64,000 bases of DNA, taken from the NCBI RefSeq assembly GCF_008831285.2, contig NC_045138.2, forward strand, positions 41,044,001 to 41,108,000, written 5' to 3'. Both the position numbers and the translations under genes were made by a program. The stretch comes from Nymphaea colorata. Taxonomy: Eukaryota. The notes beneath the pieces are model-generated. The model searched no databases. It had not been told where the DNA came from and saw only the letters and a list, made by a program, of their open reading frames with translations. This document shows, piece after piece, positions 11,088 to 25,330 of this stretch. Positions within the stretch are counted from its first letter, which is position 1. Every line of letters begins with the position of its first letter.

Positions 11088-14000
11088 CCTCCTCCTCCTT
11101 CTCCTGCCCCCTGTTGGGGACTTTCAGGATTTAGGGGTTTCAGAGGGTCATGTCTCCCAGAGGCGGGCGTGGCGTGGGAGGGAGAGCTCCACCCCCATCC
11201 TCCTCTGGTTTCATCAAGAAGAAGAAGAAGAAGAGGAGAGAGATAGATGGGTTCGAATCAAAGCCTGTGGGCCCACTCATGTAATAAATGTGGCGGTAAA
11301 CGTCGGTTATTTTTCCGTCCATTGGATGTATAATGACACTGTCAGGTGCCGATATTAACGCGATAAACGCACGACATTTTGCCTCTCCTCAGTAGTTCCG
11401 CGCTCTTATTCGAATATTAACAAGTTTTAAATTTACGATATTTTCCGGAGGACGACATATATAAGTTAAGCTTAAGCTTAAACTGAAACCTGCATTTGGA
11501 TTTGAATACAGATTTAGATTTGGATTTGGTGAAATCCAAATAAATACCAATAAAGGGCTGGGCCCCACGGAAGACATGAAGTTTAAGAGGGTGGCCCACC
11601 CGGCTCCGGAGTAGTCAATTGGTCGGACCCAGACCCACCCACGTACCTGGGCCAGGTGTTCCCCAAAAAGGCGGCCCAAGTGGGTGAGTTTCATAATCCG
11701 GAACATGAATTAGACACTAGGCTTATCATTCCAATACAACTTTGTTGTCTAATTTAAATTGGAATCCAAGTAGTTCTTATCCAATAACGCAATTTGCTCT
11801 CTCGAATGTGTAAGCTCAACTACAAAAGCAGATAAAATCCAACGTGTTTGATTCTAATGCAAAGACTGAAAAGGTAAATAAATCTCTTGTGATTTTTTTT
11901 TTTTTTTATTGTTGTCTTCTGCATTCTTCAAGAACACTTGGATGACATTCCTTCACATTCTTCAATGGTACTCCAAAAAGTAAGAAAAGACAAGAGAAAG
12001 AAGTTGGAAGAAAAAGGGGAAATGGATAGATTGATTGAAAATAAAAGGTGGGTGAAAGAAGTGAGTTTGGTGAGAGAGAGAGAGGTGGGTGGTTGTGGAT
12101 GCAAATGAGTGTTCAGTGAGCCTTCGCTTTCAGTACACTGTCACCATTTCCTTTGCTCTGCCCTAAACAAATCCACAGCCTTTATAGATTTATTTTCTTC
12201 TCTTTTCATTTTCTTGATTTGCTTTTTCGCCCAAGTTCTTCCTTTTTTTCTTCTTTTTTTTTCAAATTAGCTCCTTAACTATCACATGACTTTGCTTTCG
12301 GGATTTTTGATGGTTTATAGCAAGGGCAGATCCACATATTGGATGCTAGTTGCCCACACCAGCTCTTCAATGTTTCTTTAATTATATATATATATATATA
12401 CATATATATATACTTTTAAGTTCTTCATTTTTCTTACAAGCTAGCAAGTTGGGATGGTCAAAGATTCCAACAGCTCATTTTCCTTAGCGAAGACCAAGGT
12501 GGATGAGCCAGAAATTTGTGGCCGAGTGGCGTTAATATAAGAAGACTTGAATTTAAGGGGCACTAACATGCAGTAAACTAAATTAATTATATACAAACAC
12601 TAATAAAAAACTAAATTATATGGGTTTGTGTGGGCAATTGACCACACATGCCGCATACGTCGCTCCGCCATTTGTCGAGTTGCATTCGGCTGGCATTGTC
12701 TCTGCAAGCTGAAGCTAATCAGCAGCACTTTGAAGGTAAATCAGCCAAGCCCAGGTTGTTCATGCAAGAAATTTAGATTTGGAAGTTTGAAAGTCTTAAA
12801 TTCCAAATTCAACCACACAGCTTCGGTGACTCTAATTCAGATGTGGATGTGTATGTTGCCATGTACCTTAAGAAGGGTAGCATTAATAGGGCCAATATTT
12901 ATTGCATCCGTTGAAATTTTCTTAACCACTTGAGTAAAAACCGAAAAAAAAAAATTGACATATTGAAATCTAGGGTAAATATTTTTATGTTTATAAAGTT
13001 TCGAAACTAAGATAATAATGATACATCTTAACCGATACGCCATATCAACGACAAAACCGATACGGTGCTAATACATAAGCAGAGAGGCGGAGAGCTCGAA
13101 ATCCCGGGATTGGGAATTGAAAAAATCGAGAAGTTTCAAAATTTTCGTTTGGGAGCAGGGTTGTTGGGATCCGCCTTAAAGAGGGGCTGTTTTACCGCGA
13201 GGAGCACCGAAAGAGGTGGGGAGTCATGTGGGGTTGGGAACGGCGCCTTCAATGCCAAAGTACGTCCCAATTTTTTAAAAGCTTTGCCCTAATTTCTAGA
13301 TCGCATTTATTTCCCCTTACGAATTTGGGTGCCAAAGTACATGAGAGGGATCTGATGCAAAGCACATCTTAAATTTTAATTGCGTGGTAAAATCTCGCAC
13401 ATTTTATTGTCCGGACAGCACATGCCAAATCCATTTCCAACTATAGTTATAATATTTATTTGTATATGTTTATTTATTTATATATATATATATATATAAT
13501 TTTCTTAACCATCTTAAAAGCCCTTTAAGTTTATTCACATTTTTACATACAAGACTAAATTTTTCGTTACACATAGTGTTCAATACCATGTAGCTAAAAC
13601 TAACTTATAAGTTCATCACTATAAACTAGTCGCCATGAAAAGCATTATAAACTGTTTATAGAGCACCAATGGATTTGTGTGCCTCTAATGGCTGGCTTTT
13701 AATTTTTAGTCTCCTCGAGTGGCAGGTTTACATTGATAGTTCTAGACACTAAATGTTAGAAACAATCTCAACTTTTGATTTTTTTTTTCAAATTTATAAT
13801 TAAAACAAAAAAATAAAAAAAAATATGTGAATTAATCCTAAATCATAAAAATGCATCGTTATCTTTTTGTCTTCATTTTTCTCCCAATCAACAATGTAGG
13901 AAAGATTAATGGCCGAGATTGTTCCTTTTATGTGCATCATGTAATGTTTAGCGCTTATATATACATATATAAGTTAATAATTTTTGGATGGTCAAAATTT

Positions 14001-14875
14001 TAAAATTTATCAATAAAAAATAATAAATCATTGAAAAAGTCACCATAAATGGTCAAACAACAAATAATTGCTAATGTGACTGTTTTTTAATAATAAATTT
14101 TTAAATTTTAGTCAACCAACAACAACAAGATGCAGTTCAAGTCATACTATTAAATATAACCTAATGGTTGCATAAAATATTGTGTTGGGTTTACATATTT
14201 GTCCGCTCTGACCGCTACTTTTGGTATATTGGCCTATAATAGCCGCTAATGTATCATTAAAGTAATAGGCGAAAATGTTATTTAATATAAAGAACAATTT
14301 AATCATTGGACCATAAGTCAATGCATAATATTGAACAAAAATGTCACAAGGTATGGAGGGTTCCAATGCACGATGAAAGCCGATATTTAAGTAAACTAAA
14401 AAGAAATATTTGGTTGTCTCAAGCTAAAATGGTTACTGTTTCAAATTTAAAACTGCTTCTAATAATTGAAAAAGAATAAACTTAATTAAAAATTTGCCAT
14501 ATTTGAGGAGTTCTCACTCTCGAACTCGCGATTCAATGAACTGTATTACATAACTTGCGCTCAAGACCACATGTATGCTTTTGATAACCTTGTTAATCAA
14601 TGAATATTCCAATTGATGTTCCACACTACCAAGTTACAACATTGAGTTGAGAATGTTATTTTATAGCTCGACTAATGAGACCAAAGAGAAGAATATTGTG
14701 TTCTTGGTATATATGTTCTCTTAATGTATAATTATACTTTTTAAACCATAAATATGATGTCTTTATAGATACTATTTGTAGATTCCATAATCAAATGTTA
14801 AATATGTTTCCTAAAGCAACAAGGCCATGTTGTTACCATATGATAAAAAAAAACGTCATTCAAAACCATTGCCCG

Positions 14876-15079
14876 GAGGTGCTTGACGTTTAGAATTTCG
14901 ATTTAAGAATGAAAATTCCAGAATCATAATTCCTCGAACTGGAATGGAATCAAAATTCCAGGTTTGAATTTCCTAATTCCAAAAGCAAATATCACGTTTG
15001 TTTAATGATTTTAATTTCTTAAAAAGTGACCGTTTTGATTCTAAAATTTCATGATTCTGGATATATCAAACACCCCTTA
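14876..15079. mobile_element. Tourist/PIF-like MITE remnant
   Basis: Ends gaggtgcttga / tcaaacacccctta with an internal GGAAT/ATTCC-rich quasi-palindrome. Similar GTGTTTG/CAAACAC ends occur at ~16980, ~18500-18670 and ~62567. Confidence 0.4.
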
Positions 15080-17087
15080 AAAGGAATAAATATTTGTGTC
15101 ACTCATGTCCTTTTTTATCACAGAAAAAATTTCCTAGTGTTTTAGAATTGTCACATCTACTAGTTCAAATTCACAATGCAAGTTATTGAACCAAAGAAGT
15201 TTATTTTCTTTATAAAAATGAATGGTCTGAAACCACATGATCCATTATCTCAAAATCTGAAAATAGGAAGAGTTCCCTTCGATAAAATTCTGCCTTTATG
15301 CAGTCATAGATGGATATAAGCATCGTCAAAATTTTTCTGATTTTTTTTTTTTTGTCCTTATGCAGAGCAGAAGTCAACATGCTGTAACGAAAGTGAGTGA
15401 TTCTGACTTTGCAGTGGGTAAGTGAAAGTAAATCCAAAAATTTGAAAATATCAATCAATGTGGGTGATTTTCAAACCTCATTTTTAAATGATCTAAGATT
15501 GAATAATATATATATATATATATATATATATTTTTCTTGAATTTTTCTTAACTACTGTTCCTAGGGCCAAAAGGGCAGACATGATAGTTATGGCATTTAA
15601 TTTCATTGGAAGTTTGTGTAGTAAATTCGCCTTCTGTTGCATTTGGATACCAAAAAAATAAGGATTTTTTAGGACATAGCAATCCTGCAAGTATATATTT
15701 TTATCCGTAACTTATCGAGCGACGACCGACTCAATGTGTCCAAAAAAGTAAATGATTTCGAGATTTTCTTTCATCGAACTTCGAGATAATAATTAATTCG
15801 AGATAGCTGGTAACATCCGACGTAGCCCTAGTTTTTTTATTTCCTTTTACCGCGATTGAGTTTTCCATGCCGGCAAAAGTTTTGACTTAAATTAAAAACT
15901 TTCAAATTAAAAAATGTAGTTGAACGGGTTGGGGTGGGAGATTGGGCTTTTCTTTGTCGGTAAGATGAAATACTGGTCATACTCACCTAATAAAAAAAAT
16001 ATAATTAAAGAATTTATGCATATATATTTCTTTAATATCAGTTAATAGAAATCTACAATCTCAACTCGCCAATCGAGGGCTGAAAGGTGTCACAATGGCT
16101 CGGGTCAACGGCCAATAAGCAGCTGGTTCATGGTATGAGCGACTTTCAAAGAGAAAAATATCCGCAAGAGCATAGGCTCCCACTCTCTGGACCTTGGGAG
16201 TGGGGAGAAAGCCGAGCCTTGGCTCTCACTTGGGTGGTAGGATTACTTCTCCATATACACAAAACTTTCGATTCAATGAGAAAGAAAACTTTGATTCACT
16301 AAAATTTGCACAACTCTTTATTCCTAAACACAGTTGACAGAAAATTCAAAAGAACAGTTTACTCTTTTCTTTTTCCTGTTCCATACTACTGTTTATAAAT
16401 AGTCTACGTAGTTAGTAGGAAGGAAATGATATCGGTGTCAAGTTGAAGATCATTGATCAAGATTGCCCCAACCCCTTTTAATTTTGTTATATAACTTTTT
16501 TCGTAATGTTATCCATATTATCATTATAAGGCTTGATTGGAGCTTATAGTGGTAGTAATTAATAAACACGGAGTGCATTTATGTGCACCTCAGATCTAAG
16601 ATATGGATCTTCATGTACTTAGATTACTGGTCCAACCGTGCACTTCTTTTTAGGAGAAACCATATCCACCATGGGCCCTTACCAGATCTAGAGTTATTCT
16701 CAAAGTAGGATTCTATCATCCCTACTGGAACCTCTATCTCTTAAATCTTAGTGCGAGAACCAATATGTTGTTCAAATTAAATCAATTCTCAAATTTGTGT
16801 ACCACAATTGATGAAGATTTTAAGACAGAAAGCAGACAACCATATTCTCTTGTGACAATATTGAATCTAGAGGACAAAAAAAGCATATGAATTTCCATGG
16901 GAGCATGAGGACAAGTATGTATGATGGATGGTAGGAATTCTGCCTTGGCACTGCCTAAGAATTCCCCTAGTTTCATTCAAACACGCCCTTAAGTTTCAAA
17001 ATCAAACAGCCTCACCGGCGCCGGTCCGCTTTTAGTTGCATTCAGATGCGCCCTTGAGATTGAGATTTCAAAGTTAAGTATCCGAAG

Positions 17088-17464
17088 TAAAGATGTCAAT
17101 ATATGTGATTTGGATCAGAAGTCCAACCAAGCCGTTCCAAACAAATTAGACGTGGCAAAAAAATTTAATATCCGATTAAGAAGTAGGGTCAGAATCAGAT
17201 TTAAGAAATGACATTCGATGAGATTCATATCAAATATATCCGATCAGATTATTTTTAAATACATATCCTGTATGGAATGCTCTTACATTTAGAAAATCAC
17301 CCAGATTTCGGTTCAAAATTCAGATTCTAATTCAGGTAGAATTGGATTTAGATTGTGAAATCAGATTTCAGATTTAGATTCAAATACAAATCCATTAATA
17401 TGTGTATCCGAAAAGCAAATACCATTAAAAATATAATCAAATTCCAATCCGATCCATTTGACAT
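17088..17464. mobile_element. hAT-type MITE, family A (right end eroded)
   Basis: Ends taaagatgtcaatatatg ... gatccatttgacat; same internal ATCCGA/TCAGAT-rich body as the copy at 145-502. Confidence 0.65.
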
Positions 17465-17770
17465 AGTTCCTGCTATATTAACAAAGGTGTCAAAAAATTT
17501 CACCTCCTCTTGTGTGAAAATTAACCAAATAGCGAACCCTAGCGTAACATGTCTGTGAAAAGTGAAAAGGAGAAACTAAAGGAGGCACCTACATCTAGAC
17601 ACCCTAAAAAGATGAAAAGCGAGGACAGCTAGTTTTCCTTCACAAATTGCGCATTCGTGGAAAGATCCATTTCTGGAAGAACTTCAATGTCTGCGAGGGG
17701 TCATTAGACCATTCTTCTTCACAGTGTGGCCAGCGCAGCTTATCATTGAGACGTAATCAGCAATTGCAGC

Positions 17771-18079
17771 GAAGAAGAAGAAGAAGAAGAAGAAGAAGAA
17801 AATGAAATGTATGTGCCCCTCCAGGGGGTTGTGGGCAGTTAGACAATTGTCTCATACTAATGAAGAAGAAGAAGAAGAAGAAGAAGAAGAAGAAGAAGAA
17901 GAAGAAGAAGGTGGAATGTATGTTTCCCACCAGGGGGGTTGTGGGCAGTTGACAATTGTCTCATACTGATGAAGAAGAAGAAGAAGAAGAAGAAGAAGAA
18001 GAAGAAGAAGAAGAAGAAGAAGGTGGAATGTATGTTTCCCACCAGGGGGGTTGTGGGCAGTTGACAATTGTCCCATACT
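17771..18079. repeat. Three tandem copies of a ~60-bp unit, each preceded by a (GAA)n tract (n=10, 16, 17)
   Basis: Unit ggtggaatgtatgtttcccaccaggggggttgtgggcagttgacaattgtc(t/c)catact at 17910 and 18022, with a diverged copy at 17801. Confidence 0.95.
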
Positions 18080-18889
18080 GTTTGTTCACAGTAGAAGACA
18101 TCAAAAATCCCTTGGATGGTGTGGTGATAGATATTGTATGAGGGCTAGGGTGAGTCCTCATGAGCGTGCTGTCCATGTTTCTTAAAGCAGCAGCATGGCC
18201 CCTGAATAAGGGGGAATTAAGTGGAGGCTCAGGATTTCATGCAAAAGCAAGCGCAGGAGAAGAATGGGCAGGTTTGTATGCATGTTCACACTTGCTTTTT
18301 TTTTTTTTTTTTTTTTTTTATAAAAATGATTTAGAAGCTTCAATGATCCACTGTTTTTTAAATGTTTTTGCAGCTTCCTGACAGCCATTTTAGGACTTTT
18401 GTGTTTGTATCTATTCAATCACAACAACAGCACAGCTTGCATATATACCCACACACACACACACTCTCTCTCTCTCTCTCACGCATATGATAAAGAAAGT
18501 GTGTTTGTTAAACTGAGGATTTGAAATCATGGGGGATCTTAAATCCATGGATTTGAGTTTGGACTTTTGCCCTACTGGACCTTAGATCCGAGGTTTTAGG
18601 GTAAAACATGGTTTGAAGATCCACGTTTTAGACTCATGTGGAGATCCAGTATTTAAACAAACAGTGGCCTACAAGAAGAGGAAACTCCCAACCGTGGTGG
18701 GCTGTGTGGGCTTCTGACGCGGGTCTCGCCCTATAAATTTGACGATTATTTGGTCATACGAGGGGCAGGGTTCTCTAAATGTTCTAATGAACAACCAAAG
18801 TTCTCGTCTGGTTCGTTAAAAAGTAAATTTCCAGTGCAAACATCGAAAGGTACTTAAGATAGGACAGAACGTCTCATGCGTTACGATCC

Positions 18890-19394
18890 CAGCCAACTCG
18901 GGCTCGACTTAAACTCACTCAAAAAAATTTGGCTCGTGCTTGATTCATCTATAAACGAGTCGAATTCGAGCTTACAAACATACTTGGAACGATAAACGAG
19001 TCGAGTTTGAGTATCAGGAACTCGACTTGACTCGCAAACCAGTACTCTATGTAATATTGTTAAAACCGGTTCATCGGATCACTAATTTTAACTTTTTGGG
19101 TCTAAAAGATATTTTTACAAGTTACATGAGTTAAACTAGTTACAGGAGTTAACACATATACGAGTTAAAAGAGTTAATGCTTAGACGAGTTAACGCTAAA
19201 CGAATTAACACCTAAACGAGCTAAATGGGTTAAACGAGTCGAGTTCGAACTCGATTTTGTTTAGTCGAGTCGAGCTCGAACTTGATATAAAGAGCTCAAC
19301 TCGAGTTCGAGCCGAGTTGAAGATCTAGTTTTTCGAGCCAAGTCGAAATCAAGCTGGCCAAGCTCGGGCTCCACTCTGTTCCTGTGCGGCCCTA
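18890..19394. mobile_element. MITE-like element, family B
   Basis: Same CGAGTCGAGCTCGA-rich composition as 1879-2452; ends gtgcggcccta, complementary to a TAGGG-type terminus. Confidence 0.6.
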
Positions 19395-21133
19395 GAGGGG
19401 CCTAATGTAAATAATACTGATGGCATGCATATTAATTGACAGAAAAAAGTTCTCTCTCATTTTCCCTTGCCAACAGGGTTTAATTGAACTTATGGTGACA
19501 TTCTTCAACTCTCAACTTAAAAAGAATAACACATGAGAGCGTGACAGCAATCACATAAACATGGAAACCAAACCCTTTTAGCCTTCTTGTTTCCGATTGA
19601 AAATGCAGGTTTATAAGGAAGACGGCATCTTTCATGAAATTATGTTGGAAGATAGCCTTTTAATATTGTGGCCAAATTTACAACCGTTTCTTCTTGGTTA
19701 GTTGGTGAATCAGGCGATTCACCATGGGCAAGTCTGCCAATGGATTTTTTTTGTCGTTTTCTTTGGATACGGATCCAATATCAATATGAATTCTAATGTA
19801 TTTACTAGATCCGAATTATTATTTCCATGGCCCAGAAATTAAAGGCACTTTACTTCATTGTAGCTAATAATGTAAACGTCTCTTCAGTAGATCTAACACA
19901 TTCATAAACCCAACTGTCCTCTATACCATAAAAACAAACCAGAAGCAGAGAAGAACCATATGGAAGCTAGCTCTGTAGATGGTAGCACACATATTTTTGC
20001 TTCAAATTCTCCAGGATAAATAATTGGAGCAATTCAAGTACTTCATCTGGAGTATAATCACTTACCCTTCAAGTTCGTAGTTGCAAGCAATGTAATTAGA
20101 TTCAATCGTTTCGAATCAGCTGATTCGAATCAATCAGTGGCAAAATGTTTTGATTTCGTGGCCGATTCAAAAGCATCAAGTGTCATTTTTAAGAGCTTAT
20201 CTATTTTAATTAGTTTTTATGCATCTTTTCTATCTTTTAATATTTACTCAAAAGAAACTCCCCTTCGTGTAAAACCTTTAAAGTCATATATGCTTTTAAT
20301 GGTCTGACTTACTGCGGGACATGTGTGGACTTACGGTATGTTCTTCAACTCAATTGTCATGCTTGCTATCATTTGCAGTCTAGAGAAATACGACAACAAA
20401 CAAACTCTTTGACTGTGAACGACCCGTTGTGCTATAGTCCTTGAAACATATATATTGTCTATTTACTTTTTCAACTTTTTTGTATTTTCTGCAGATACAC
20501 AACTGGAAATTGATCAGCTGAATCACTGATATGTCTTATTGACCGAATCTGCAGCTTTCCTCCTCAATTCTGCAACCAATTTTTACAACTCTATTTGCAG
20601 GAGGTTCTCTTCAATGTTCTACATGTATGGTCGATTTGATATGACAAAGCGAATCGCATATATATATATATATATATATATAAAGAATCTGATACCTGAT
20701 CTATGTAAGCTAAGGTTGGGAGTACATTCAGTCTAGTTTTTTTGGTATTCGCACCATTCAATCAGAGTGCTTTTGTTGGAACATATTTAAATGGACAGAG
20801 ATGCCATCATGGGTCGAATTTTTTGGCATGATATGCGGAGAGCCAGCCATAAAATTGAACAAATATATTTATTGACGTAAATAAGGGCATGCCAACTATA
20901 GATTTTATGGAAGATGTAGAGCTTTCTGGAGGCTCAGTTCAACTTGCGATCATGATGCAGTCATTGAACCAATACAAAGAACCAAGACTTGCATGGGTCT
21001 GCTGTCATTTTGCCTCTAAAACGGTGTTTAAGACATGTTTAGTGTGATGGTTGACACTAAGTTCAAGAAAACCCAAGCTTTGGCAAAACGACATTTTCGA
21101 AGGGGCATGAACAGCCTAATTCTCCTCGGCAAC

Positions 21134-21523
21134 TAGGGATGTTAACATATCAGATTTGGATTGGATATGTGATTGAACTATTCCAAAAACTCGGATATAA
21201 AAAAAAAAACTTAATATTTGATTGAAAAATTGTATCGGATTCATAATTTAACAGATAACATTCAATCAGATTCGGATCATATTTAATTTTAGGTAAATAT
21301 CCTATATCAAATGCTCTTACGTAGTGAAAATCGACCGGATTTAGTTTAAAATTTATATTTGGATTTGGTTATGAATGTAAAAATCATATTCGGATAGTGA
21401 AATTGGATTTCAGGGGTACCGATATAATTTTTTTAGTTCATATTCGAACCTGAATATGTGAATATCTGAAAAGACACATATTTAGAGTATATCTTATTCG
21501 AATGCGATATGCTGACATCTCTA
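21134..21523. mobile_element. hAT-type MITE, family A
   Basis: TIRs tagggatgttaacatatc / gatatgctgacatctcta; same internal body; TSD not recognisable. Confidence 0.7.
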
Positions 21524-24500
21524 TTTTCACAAAAAGTGACCGTTTGGTCTTATCTAACGAATCTGGAGCCAAAATTTGATTAAAAAACCATGTTTTCACT
21601 AAAATGACGCTTTTTTAGGATGTCATGCAAACATAACCCTTAAGAATTTCCCATCTGTCATAGAGATCTTAAAGCTTTTTGTAAAACTAGAACAAATCAA
21701 AAACTTGTATTGCACAAGGCACTGGTCAGCCCCTTTTTTTTTTCATTTCCTTTTTCTATTACGAATGGAGGGTGACGAAATAAAGTGCAAGTTGAATTTC
21801 AGTTAGGGTGGTGACACTACCAGGGGCATGCGAAGCAGACCTGTACCCTAAAAGGAATAAGGGCATATAATCAAAGTGACGGTCCTTATAATCAGTGTAT
21901 ATCCTTACAGGAGCTGCATGTTATTTACCCAAAATGCTAAGCTTAGTTAGATATGTAGAAATATGAATGAATTTAAATCCTATATATATTGATTAATTTG
22001 CAATAATATTCCTTAATCAAATGCCAGTTTCCTCCATGTTAAGCGTCCTTAATTATGTACATATTTCAAATTGGGTCCTCTAAATGATGCTTAATTAAAT
22101 ATATACGCGGCCTATATTTTGGAACGTTTAATCATTTATATACACATTAAAAGATACGTATATGGCCTCAAGTTGAATGAATTGGGGACATTGAATTTAC
22201 AAGCTGTGGCAACTAACTTCTTGTCCTGAAATTGGTAGTTTAGTGATTAAAGTGATGACAAATGCCATTTCAATGATGAGTTATTGCTTGGTTGTTTTCA
22301 CTTTTCTTGACCATAACGAAGTCTAACAGGAGCTAATTTTGCATGCATTTAGTTGATCTGATATGGTTAATTTGAAACCATTTAATTCCATCCTAAATTA
22401 AACTGAAATTAACAAGATCACGGCCACATAATGCATGAGAATGCAAATTCTCTACGGAAATCGATTAAGAGTCATATAAAATTGAACTGACAACCAGCCA
22501 GTCTAACAAGCTACGCTACACCCCTGAGAGCCTACGAGGGAAGAAGAGAGTAAAGGATTTGTAGAGCCCACTTCCTTTTAACTTTCCTTCCTTTCTTTAT
22601 TGGTGCTTGCACCTTCACGGGTTGGTTTTTGTTTTTGTTCATATATGCCTTCCTCTTCAAACTGTTCAATGAACGCCAATAGAAAGTTATAAATTTTGAA
22701 AAGATTACTCGAGAATTCAACTCGCCTAGTTCTTTCCCCATTCAAATCTCCAGCAACGGCTCCTCTTAAATGCGAGTCATTTTCATTCACAGCCCACTTT
22801 CAGAACTAAACACCAAGGCCTGAATCCCTACGGTAAAAAACCAAGCATAAATGCCCATAAACATGCACAATAATACCATCAATCTCATTACTAGAAAACA
22901 ATAAAATAAAGAACAAGAGCTTGTCCTGACCCTCCACAGCTAGCTCATGTACCGCAGATACTTCCTTGGAAGCATCCGGCTTAAAAATATGTGGTCATTA
23001 GATGAGCAATGCATCTGCAGCTTGTTAGTTATTATGACTCACATGGGCTTTGTACCAGTAACAAATTGAGCATTTATATCATGCAAGGGCTTGGTCTTAA
23101 TGGCCCTGACATGAATAATATTGGGCCCGAATGGACCCCATATGTAAAAGGATAGAATAATTATTGTTGAATATCCTTTTTCTTTTCTTCTTGTTCTTCT
23201 TCTTCTTTTTCCATTCATGAATTTTGAGCGCCTCACAGTATAAATGCAACAATGTGTTGCTCATGATTGCCAGACAAGAGAGTATGACATTTAAAGGGGC
23301 GTACTAGCTTCAATACTTTCATAACAGATGAGCCACGGGCATTAAATTTTGGTCAGATCGCACCACTTTTCAGTGTTTCCCTTTGGTTGGTCTTTCAGAA
23401 CAAGAATTTTGTCATCTCATTCCGTATTGCTGGTGCAGATGAATGACACACTACCAAAGTAGTTGGGATCTGGCTGGGGACATTCTAATGGAACAGGGAC
23501 CTAGCTAGGGCGGCTCATGACTCCACTGTGCCCGCTGGGCTCGAGCAATGTAACAGTGGATGAACAGGAAAATTTTTTGGCAGCCGGTTGATCCAGGGTT
23601 TTTCGGGTTCAGCGGTGTTTGCTAGGTTGAAAACCCAAAAACATGTTGCATGTTGAGTTTGTAGATCGGCAGCGGAAGCACACAGTTTTTTTGGGGAGTT
23701 TTGATCTTGATGTATAGGTTAATGAGGGTTCAGGAGGCTCTTAATTACCAGATTAATTATGTTAGTGAATCTTCTTGGACCAACTAGTGTTTACTCCAAC
23801 CCCTGGGTCTGGTAAATGGAGCTCTTGTTGGCACCAAATTCGCAGATTAAGGTACCAACTTAGAAAATTTGAATTGCTTTCATGTTTGCAAGTGAGAAAA
23901 ATTTTCAACATATAAGCTACATATTGAAAGTTTCTTATGGAAGATTTTCTTTTGCTTGTATAACGTGGAAAAGTGGATCGATTGAGAAAGGGGACAGAGA
24001 TGGCTATCACATGTTCTTTTCCTTTTCTCATCCATGTTCACTGTAGAAAGATTTGGATTGCTTGAATAACGTCGGAGAAAACTCTATCTTTTCATTTCTA
24101 TTTTTCTTTTCTCCTACCATTTTCTCACTTATAAACACGTCCTTTAAGAAACGCAATCATCCAATCCTTTGGTAATTTATTTCCTGTACGACTGATGAGT
24201 TCTACTATAGAAAACTCTTCCTGATAAGAGAATTCTCGCATCAATATTCTTTCCTTCTAAATAAATATAATACTGGAGTACAGATAATATATCGGAAGCC
24301 CCGTAATCATTGCTTCGATATTTTTCATTTTACCGCACAAAATTTGCCTTGGATCACACACACAGAGACTCTCATCTTCAGCAGATCCTGTGGTTATTTT
24401 CCTCCCTGCCCTGTGGTGTACAAAAGAATAAAAAAAGGCAACGCATGAATCTCAAGAAATGGTGACACCATCAGGACGAAGTTCACATGCGACCAATGTT

Positions 24501-25130
24501 CAAACAGTTCCACAGAAGGTATGTACTCTCTCTCTCTCTCTCTTACTTATAATAATAATAATAATAATAATGAGACAGAGACTCGATGGAATTCAAAGGG
24601 TAGATAACGTCTTTATTGTATTGCCAAGTGTTTTGCTGTTGAAAGATTCAGGATAAGACATTCTTTGCCGATTGAGCTGTTGTCTTCTTGCTTCCACATT
24701 TAGTAAGTTGGTAAGGGAAATTTCAGATTATCATTTCCGAGAAAACAACACTACACGGAGTTCAAGTAACTCGGTGTGAAGAAGACTGGTCCTTTGAATC
24801 ACTCATCCGTGTCAACAGTCAACAGTAGGAAGAGCAGACGCATAATTGAAAAGAAGAAGAAAAATGAAGGCGATGATGATGATGACGATGATGATGAATA
24901 GAATGGACGGGTTGTGTCACCTGGCAATAAATCAGTCTTAGTCTATGAACGCAACCAGAGAGAGACACAGAGAGAGAGAGAGAGTTAACTAGCTACTGTA
25001 ATAAAGGACGAGGCTTCTTACTGTCCTGTAGAAAACAAAGATATTGTTCGATTCATTCTTTGGATGTTATCAATTGAAAAACGAAAATTTGAACGCACAC
25101 AAGAACGTGGGCACGAACATGCACAGCTAC

Positions 25131-25163
<33 letters not shown>

Positions 25164-25289
25164 TTTTCAATTCCTTAAAAAGAGTTATATTTCAACATGA
25201 AAGGGAAACTGATAACATGCTGTCTGCGAGATTTGACTTTCTTTAATTTGCAAGAGACCGAGTCTTTTTCTGGATAATGCCATCAAGAG

Positions 25290-25330
<41 letters not shown>

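Noticed and set aside
17771..18079. CRISPR-like repeat-spacer array, or hammerhead ribozyme (CTGATGA at ~17966)
   Set aside because: The 'spacers' are pure GAA microsatellite, the context is eukaryotic and there are no cas genes. CTGATGA has no stem II or GAAA core in hammerhead arrangement.
22532..22790. Short ORFs at 22.5-22.8 kb
   Set aside because: No signal-peptide/CLE-type or other recognisable motif, and non-ATG or weak starts.
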